From NCBI GenBank assembly GCA_963832165.1, contig CAWHTE010000002.1:96001-160000 (forward strand): a stretch of 64,000 nt of DNA, in the 5' to 3' direction. The notes under the pieces are model-generated. The model had not been told where the DNA came from. It saw nothing but the letters and a program-made list of their open reading frames with translations, and ran no database searches. Numbering within the stretch: position 1 is the first letter of the stretch; each line of letters starts with the position of its first letter. Position numbers and translations under genes: made by a program. This DNA is from an uncultured delta proteobacterium. Lineage in GTDB: Bacteria; Myxococcota_A; UBA9160; SMWR01. Below are positions 8,401-17,400 of the stretch, piece by piece.

Positions 8401-11400
8401 TCTCGCTCGTGCCGATCGCTCCGTCGGCGCCCTCGAAGCGAACCCATGCCAGCGAGAGCCGATTGCCTCGCGTCGCAAGCGGCTCCCCCGAGAGTCGAGA
8501 CGAGCTCATCTCGAACAGCGGCCGCGTGAACTCGATCCACTGCTCGTGATCGAGCTCGAGCTGCACGAGCGCCCGGCGGTCGAAATAACGAGAGCCGGGC
8601 CGATGACCCGCTACGACAGCCTCCCAGTCGCGTGCGTTCCAGGCGCGTGCCAGACGGTCTTCGGCGCGCGTGGCCGCATTCTCGAACAGCCGTGGCGGCG
8701 CCGCGAGCTCCGCGAACCGCGCGCGCGCCGCGTCGATCTGCTCGGGGTCGTAAGCGTCCTCGCGCACGATGCGCCCGTCCGGTCCCGCCTCGTGCACGAG
8801 CACGTAGGGGATCTCGAAAGCGCCTTCGGATTCGCGGCCGAGCCAGCTCGTGACGATCAGGGCCGCCCGGTCGGCGAGCGCCATGTGACTGCGCCGCGTG
8901 AAGGCGTCGGGTCGCATCTCCACCAGTGCGCGCACACCCGCCACGTACTTCTCGAGCGAGCGGGCGCGACCCGTTCCCAGAAGTTGATGGTCGTGGCGCA
9001 CGAAATCAGGCGAGAAGAACGAGGCGAACTGATCCCAGTCCCGGCTCGCGATCGCGCGCCCCATGCCCGACGAACGGGCCCACATTGCGGGGTGTTCAGC
9101 GGCTTCGCCCTCTGCATAGCGGCGATCGAGCTCCGCGTACGCGGCGTCGAGCGCGTCGGCGTCGAAGCGGACGAGCGCGATGCGATCGCCGCGCTCGTCG
9201 ACTTCGGCCACGGTCAGAGACTCGGTCTCGCTGGGCCCGAGCGCGCCGTCGCTGCCCTCCCAGCGTAGCCGCGTCAGTGCGAGCCGATCGCCCCGCGTGG
9301 CCAGCCACTCTTGAGAGAGTCGAGACACCTGCATGTCGAACAGCGGGCGGATGAACGCGAGGTACTCGTCGCGATCGAGGTCGAGTCGCATGAGCGATCG
9401 GCGGTCTTCGTACCGGAGCCCGGGCGCGTGGCAGGCCACGACCGCCTCCCAGTCGCGGGCCACCCACGCGCGAAGGAAGCGATTCTGCGTCGCGGTGTTC
9501 TCGAAGAGGCACGCCGGCGCGCGCGGCGCCGCCAGCTCCGCGAACCGCGCGCGCGCCGCGTCGATCTGCTCGGGGTCGTAGGCGTCCCAGCGCCGGATGC
9601 GGCCGTCCGCTCCTATCTCGAGCACGACCACGGCGGGGAGCTCGAACGCGCCCTCGGATTCGCTGCCGACCCAGCGCACTGCAATGAGCACACCGCGGTC
9701 GGTGAGCGCGATGTGCTCGTAGCGCAGAGCCGCATCGGGCCGCAGCTCGCTCATCGCGCGGACGGAAGCGACAGCATTGATCGCCGAGCTCGAGCCCAGT
9801 CCGAGGATGCGATGGTCCTCGACGACTGCATCGGGCGAGAAGAACGCGCGATACCGTTCCCAATCGCGCGCCGCGAACGCGGCTCCGAGACCTGACGAGA
9901 CCGCCCACTCCGCCGGATGCTCGGCGGCCTCGCCCGCGGCATAGCGCGCATCGAGCTCGGCGTAGGCGGCGTCGAGCTGATCGGGATCGAAGCGGACCAA
10001 CGCGATGCGGTCACCGCGGTCGTCGACCTCCGCGACCCCTAGAGACTCGGTCTCGCTGGGGCCGATCGAGCCATCGCTGCCTTCGAAGCGCATCCGGGTC
10101 AGTACCAGCCGATCGCCGCGGGTGGCGAGCACTTCCTGCGAGATCCGAGAAACTTCCATCTCGAACAGCGGCCGCGTGAACTCGATCCACTGCTCGTGAT
10201 CGAGCTCGAGCTGCATCAGGGCGCGCCGGTCGCTATAGCGGAGCCCGGGCGCATTGTGCCCGGCGACCGCCTGCCAGTCGCGAGCGGCCCACGCGCGATC
10301 GAATCGATCGACCGCCCGCGTGGCCGCGGTCTCGAACAGCCGCGCTGGCGCCGGCGGCGCGCTCAACGCATCGAAGCGCGCGAGCGCCTCGACTTCGCGG
10401 TCGTCGTCGAAGACCTCGAAGCGCGACATCAATCCGTCGCCGTTGGCGGCCACGAGCGTGAGGAATCCCCGCTCGAAGGGGCCCCCGCTCTCGCGTCCGA
10501 TTCCGGAGAACCGACCCCGAGTCAGGAAGGCGTCGGGACGGAGGCCGAGAACGTCGTCGATGCCGAGCGCCAGCTCGTCGGCGAGCGGGGACCACGAGCG
10601 GAGGTTCTCCATCACGGCGTCCGCTCCGCGCGCGGAAGACGTTCCCAGGATCCGGTGATCGATGAACTGGATGTCCGGTGCGAGCGTTGCGGGGTAGGTC
10701 TCGGGGTCGTACGTACCGAACGCGCGGATTCGCGCCGCGAGCGCGGCGGCGCGAGCGCGCTCGGGACCTTCGGGCGCAAGCTCCGCATAGCGCTCGTACA
10801 GGCGCGCGATCGCATCGCCGAGCCGGTCGGCGGCGAAGACCTCGACGCGCCGCGCCCGCCCGCCCGATTCCGCTTCGATGACCTGTAGCATCTCCGATTC
10901 GTAGGGGCCGACGTCGAATCGCCTGCCGACGAACCCGCTCCCCCGGACGGAGCGCCGGCTCAGCGCGAGCGAATCGCCGAGCGTGGCCAGCGGCTCCAGG
11001 TGGAACACCGGACCCTCTGCGGAGAGGAGGTGTTGGCTCGACGCGATCAGTCCCTGCAAGCCGAACGTCGCTCCCGTCGTATGATCGACCGTCTCCCACG
11101 TCTCGGTGACCGAGGCGATGATCGCGTCGAGGTCGCGCGCGGCGTAGGCCGAGGTCATGCGCGCCGCGTGGTCGGTCGCGGCGTTGGGCCGTATGCGGCG
11201 CGCGGGGCGCGTACGCTCGGCGGTCAGCGCGTCGAAGCGCGCGAGCGCGTCGGCTTCGCGGTCGGCGTCGAATATCTCGAAGACACGTCTCCGGCCTTCG
11301 GCGTCGTAGACTTGCAGGAGAAGGAACGCGATCTCGTAGTCACCGCTGCTGGCCCGGTCGCGCCCGCGTTCGCGCGCGCGCACGAGCACTGCGTTGCTGC

Positions 11401-14400
11401 GCAAGTCGAGGATGTCGTCGAAGAGGGTGACCGCGTCGTCGACCGTCTCGTACCAAAGCTGCAACCGCCGCCGGACCTCGTCGATTCCGTTCGAGGACGG
11501 CACACTGATCACGGCGCGGTGATCGCGGAACGCGACGTCCGGCGCGTAGGTATCCAGGTTCTCCAGATGCGGGCCGAGCGTGGCCGCGATCGAGCGCGCG
11601 ATCCCCCCGGCGCGCATGCGCGCGGGGCCTTCGGGCTGCAGCTCCGCATAGCGCTCGTACAGGCGCGCGATCCCATCGCCGAGCCGGTCGCTCGCGAAGT
11701 TGTCGGTGTGCCGGCGCCGGCCGCTCGCGTCCACCTCCACGAGCAGCACGGTCTCGATCTCATAGGCGCCGATGTCGAGGTTCCTCGCGACGATTCCGCT
11801 CGCGCCGCACCACATCCGGCACAGTGCGAGCGAATCGCCGAGCGTGGCGAGCGGCACACCGCGGTAGGTGCCGCCCTCAGCTCGCGCGAGCGACAGCCAG
11901 GTGCCCGTGGATTGCTCACGCGCGTAGTTCGTTCCCGTCGGGTGATCGACGCACTCGCCCGAGTCCGCGAGGTGGGCCGCGATCGCCGCGGCGTCGCGCG
12001 CCCGCATCGCGGCCTCGAAGCGCGCGGCGTCGGCAGTGGCGGCGTTCGGGCGCACGCGGCGGGCCGGACGCGCCGGCGGCGAGGTCAGCGCATCGAGGCG
12101 CGCGAGCGCGTCCGCGCTTTGCTCGGGTTCCCAATCTTCCCAGCGATTCAGCAGACCGTCGGGTCCGAACGTCCAGAGCTGGCAGAGCTGGCGTTCGAAA
12201 TCGCCGCCGCTCGCGCCCAGGGTGCCGACATTCGTGATGCGCACGATGAGCGCATCGGGGCGCAGCGCCACGATGTCCTCCCAGCGCCACTCGAAATCGT
12301 CGACCAGCTCGAAGAAGGCTCGCACCGCGCGCACCAGCTCATCGGCCCCGCGCACGGTGCCCACCCCGACGGTGCGGTGGTCGATGCGCTCGATCGCCGG
12401 CGCGAGCGGCCAGCGATCGGGTCTCTCGCGCACCATCACCGCGACCGAGCGCGCGATCGCCGCGGCGCGGGTGCGCTCGGGGGCCTCGGTGCATCGTTCC
12501 GCATAGCGCTCGTACAGCCGAACGATCGCGTCGCCCAGGTGGTCCGCAGGGAAGACCTCGAGCCGGTGCCGTCGGTGTTGGGAGTCGACCTCGCTCAACT
12601 GGTAGTTCTTGTGCTGGAATGCACCGACGTCGAGCGTCTTGCCGGCCGCGCCGCTCCCGGAAACCGAGTGCCAGCACAGCGCGAGCGAGTCGCCGAGCGT
12701 TGCCAGAGGCTCGTACCGGCGCGCCAGATTCTGGACGCGGAGCTGCTTGCGGTAGAAGGCCAGCGATTCCGACCGGCCATGAGTGGCGCCGGTCCAATGC
12801 TCGATCACCTCGTCGTCCTCGGCGAGGAGCTCGGACAATGCGTCTGCGTCTCCTGCGGCAATCGCGGCATCCAGGCGGGCCTCATACGCGGTCGCTGCGT
12901 TCGGCCGCACGCGGCGCGCGGGCGGCGCAGCGGTGAGCGCCTCGAAGCGCGCGAGCGCCTCGGCGCGGCGGTCCACATCGAAGATGTCGAAGTGGGTCAC
13001 CAGGCCATCGGCCCCGTAGACGAGCAGCGAGATGAATTTCATCTCGAACGCGCCGCCGCCCTCGCGCGCGACTCCGGAGAGCGTCGCGCGGAATGCGCAC
13101 CCGGTGGCGCGCAGGTCGAGCAGCTCGTCGGCGTGGACCGCCAGCTCGTCGCCGAGCGCGGTCCACGAGCGGGCCTGGGAGAGCATGTCTGCCGATCCGC
13201 GCGCAGCGAACAGGCCGAGGATCCGGTGGTCGGTCATCTCGACACCCGGAGCCATGCTCGAGGCATAGTGCTCGGGATCGAACGAACCCCAGGTCTGATG
13301 GCGCGCGATCGTCGCAGCGCGCGTTCGTTCCGGCCCTTCGGGCAGGAGCTCGGCATGGCGCTCGTAGATGCGCCCGATCGCGTTGCCGAGGTGGTCGCTC
13401 GCGAAGACCTCGGCGCGCGCAAAGCGGCCGTCCGGATCGACTTCGCAGAGCACGAAATTTTCGAGTGCGCTCGGACCGACTTCACCCTGATCCCAGTCGA
13501 GGCCAGCCGTGGAAATCGATCGCTGAACAAGCGCGAGCGAATCACCGAGCGTCGCGAGCGGCTCCGTGCGAGGGGAGAAATCCTGCGCGCGCCAGAGGAG
13601 TTGCGCGCTGGACATCACGCCGGAGCGATCCCACTCCAGGCCGGTCGGATGATGGACGGCTACGAAGCTCTCGGCGTGCAGCGCGAGGGTCGCCGCCTCG
13701 TCGCGAGCCTCGATTGCGGCCGTGAGACGCGCGACCACCTCGGTGGCCGCGTTGGCGCGCCAGCGGCGCGCCACGGGCGTGGCCGCGGCGAGCGCGTCGA
13801 AGCGCGCGAGCGCCGCCGCCTCGTCTTCCAGCTCGAAGATCTCGAGACGGGTCTGGAGGCCGTCGGTGCCGAAAACCATCAGGGAGAGGCAGGGCGCCTC
13901 GAAGATGCCGCCGCCGTCGCGCGCAATGCCCGCGAACATCCCGTTCACGACCAGCATGTCGGGCTGCGCGGCGAAGATCTCGGTGATCCGGTTCGTCATG
14001 TCGTAGGCGACGGCGAACCACGAGCGGAAGATCTCCAGCGCGGCATCGCGCCCGCGCGCCGAGACCGTGGCCAGGCGCCGGTGATCGACCAGCTCGAACG
14101 ACGGCGCGTACGCTGCGGCATAGCGATCGGGATCCCACCCTCCCATCGCTGCCACGGTGTACGCGATCGCCGCGGCGCGATCCCGCTCCACGCCCTCGGG
14201 CAAGAGCTCCGCATAGCGCTCGTACAGGCTCGAGAGCGCGTCGCCGAGGTGGTCGATCGCGAACGCCTCGGATCGGCAGAAGAGCCCGCTCGCATTGGTC
14301 TCGTAGGTGACGATCTCCTCGCCGCCAAACGCGCCGACATCGAACTCACCGCGCGAGAGCCCCGCCGCCGAGAGCGAGACGCGGCACAGGGCGAGACGCT

Positions 14401-17400
14401 CGCCGAGCGTCGCGAGCAGCTCGTTGCGATAGACGAGGTCGCGGTTCTGCATCACCGAACGCATCGTGGCCAGCTGCGCCGCCCGGTCGTAGGTGTGGCC
14501 GGTGGGGTGGTCGACGTTGTGCGAGTCTTCGGCGAGCTGGGCCGCGAGGGTGTCGATGTCGCGATTCATGATCGCGGCCGCCTGACGCGCGGCTTGAACG
14601 CTCGCGGTGTTCGCGCGTACGCGGCGGGTGGGTCGCGGTGCCACTCCCGTGAGCGCGTCGAAGCGCGCGAGCGCGTCGGCCTCGTCGTCGACGTCGAACC
14701 ACTCGATGCGCGCCAGGCGGCCGTCGGCGTCGTACAGCCAGAGATGGAGATGCTGGCGATCGTAGGGCCCGCCGCTCGCGCGGTTGGTGCCCGCGGCCGT
14801 GATGCGGGAGAGCAGCGCATTGGGCGTCACGACGAGGACGTCGTTGGCGCTCAGGTGGACGTCCGAGACGGTGTCGTACAAGACGCGGATGCCTCGGCGC
14901 ACCTCATCGGCGTTGCGCGCAGAAGGGAGCCCGATCAGACGCCGGTGATCGACGAACTCGACACCGGCCGCAAGAACCTGCTCGAAGCGATCGGGATCGA
15001 GGGTCGGTGCGAACCACGCAGCCACACCGCGCGCGGTGGCGGTGGCGCGCACTCGCTCGGGGCCTTCGGGGAGCAGTTCCGCATAGCGCTCGTACAAGCG
15101 AGTAATCGCGTCGCCGAGCCGATCGGCCTTGAAGAACTCGGCGCGCAACTGTCTCCCGCGCGCATCGACCTCGATGACGACCTGCTCCTCCATCTCGTAA
15201 GGACCGATGCTCAGCCGCCCTGGTATGCCGCTGGCGGAGATCGATGGCCGTCCCAACGCGAGCGAATCGCCGAGCGTCGCAAGTGGCTCGTTTCGATACG
15301 AGAGATTCTCGGCGCGCATGAGGCCGCGGATCGTCTTGACGCCTTCCGCGCGACCCCACTCCGTGCCCGTGGGATGGTGGATCGCATGGAACCCGTCGGA
15401 GTGCAGCTCGGAAACGGCGGCTTCGTCGCGCGCGCCGACGGCGGCTTCCAGGCGGGCGAAGGCAGCCGTGGCCGCGTTCTCTCGCACGCGGCGGCGCACT
15501 GCGCGCGCGGATGCGACGCGCATGACCGGTGCCGGCGCCACCGGCTCCACCGCGTGCGCGCCTTCTCGCCGCGCTCGCTCGACCAGCAGCGTGGCGCCCT
15601 TCGCCTCCCAGAGCGAGGTAGCGCGCGCCTCCTCGGCCGCGGCCTCGGCGCCTCGGCCGGACGCGCGCAGCGCCGCCGCGAGCGCGAGCCGCGCGTCGGC
15701 GTGGAACAGCAGCGCGTCGGTCGCCGACGCGATCTCGACTGCCGCGCGCGCAAGCTCGACGGCTCTCTCCGCCTCACCGCGCCGCGCGAGCGCCTCCGCG
15801 CGCACGCCGCGCCACGCGATCGCGGACTGCAGATCGTCGCCCGCGAGCGCCTCGCTCTCGTGAGAGATGGCCTCGGCTTCGGCGGCGCGATCCTGCGCGA
15901 GCAGCGCGCGGCCGAGCTGCGCGGCGCACTGCGCCGCGTCGCTGCCGAGCCCTAGCTCGCGCATGCCGTCGTAGGCGGTGCGCAGACAGCGCTCGGCCGC
16001 GACGGGGTCTCCCTCGATCAGCTCGACCTGACCCGCGAACTGATCCGCTTGGAGCAGGCGATGCGTGATGCCGAGCTCTTCCACCATGCGCCGCGACGAC
16101 GCGATCATGCGCCGCGCGGCTTCGCTGCGACCGCGCAGCGCCTCGAGCACGCCCTGCGAGCGCAGCGCCACGGCCTCCACAGCGGGCGAGCCCGACGTGA
16201 TGCGCAGCACGCGCACGACGTCGAGGCAGCGACCGCTCGCGCGTGTCACAGGGGAGGGGCCCCACAGCGCCGCGAGCGGCGCGCCCGAGAGCACGGCGTT
16301 CGCGCGGCGGCGGTCCCCCACGCGGCGCGCCGCTGCGAGCGCGCGGTCGAGCGCGGCCTCGCACGCGCCGACCTTTCCAAGCCGCGCGAGCGCGATCGCG
16401 TGCACGAAGTGCGCCTTCGCCTCGCCCGCGGCGTCGCCGGCCGCGGTGAGCTGCTCGGCGGCCGCGGCGACCGCATCGGCGGTGCCGCGCAGCGACTTCG
16501 GGTCGGTGAGCGCCGCGCGCTCGCCCGCGAAGCAGGTATGCCACGCGGCGAGGCGCGGCGAGTCGGCCGTGAAGCGGCCGAGCTCGTCGATCGCGCGCCC
16601 CGCGGTGCCGACCTCGCCCGCCGCGAGCAGCGCCTCGCACCAATCCAGTGCCAGGTCGGCGCGCGCGGGGTCGGCGGGCTCGAGCCGCTCGAGCGCGCGG
16701 CCGAGCAGGCTCGCCGCGACCGGAACGTCGTCGCGCGCGAGCGCGCGCCGGCCCGCGCCCGCGAGGTAGCGCGATGCGCGCTCGCCTAGCGCGCGCCCCT
16801 GCTCGTCGATCGTCCCGAGCTCGCGCAGGTGCTGGTGCGCCTGCTCGAGGTGCCAGCCGATCGTCTCGTCGTGCGGGGCTTCGTCGCCGACCCGCTTCAC
16901 CACCCAGTCCGCGAAGCGCGCGTGCAATTCGGCGCGTGTATTGCGAAGCAGGCGTCGGTACGCGGCGTCGCGGATCAGCGCGTGGTGGAAGCGCAGCGCG
17001 GGCTCGCCGAGGAACCAGCCCGTGTCGGACTCGACCAGCTCGCTGCGGCGCAGCGCCTCGAGCTGGCGGTCGAGGTCGGGCGCCTCGCGCGGCAGGAGCT
17101 CCTTCACGGCCGCGCGCGAGAACTGCCGGCCTACCACGGCCGCGCGCTCGAGCACGGTGCGCTCCTCGGGTCGCAGCTTCTCGATGCGCGCGGCGAGCAG
17201 CGCCTGGATCGTGGGCGGCATCTCGAGGCTCGCGAGCTCGACGCCCAGCGTCCAGTGATCGCCCTCGCGCACGAGCGCGCCGTCGTGCACGAGCATGCGC
17301 ACGAGCTCGCCCACGAACAGCGGGTTGCCCTCGCTCGCCGCGAGCACGCGGCCCGCGACCGCGGCGGGCAGCTCTTCGGCGCCGATCGCATTCGCGGCCA

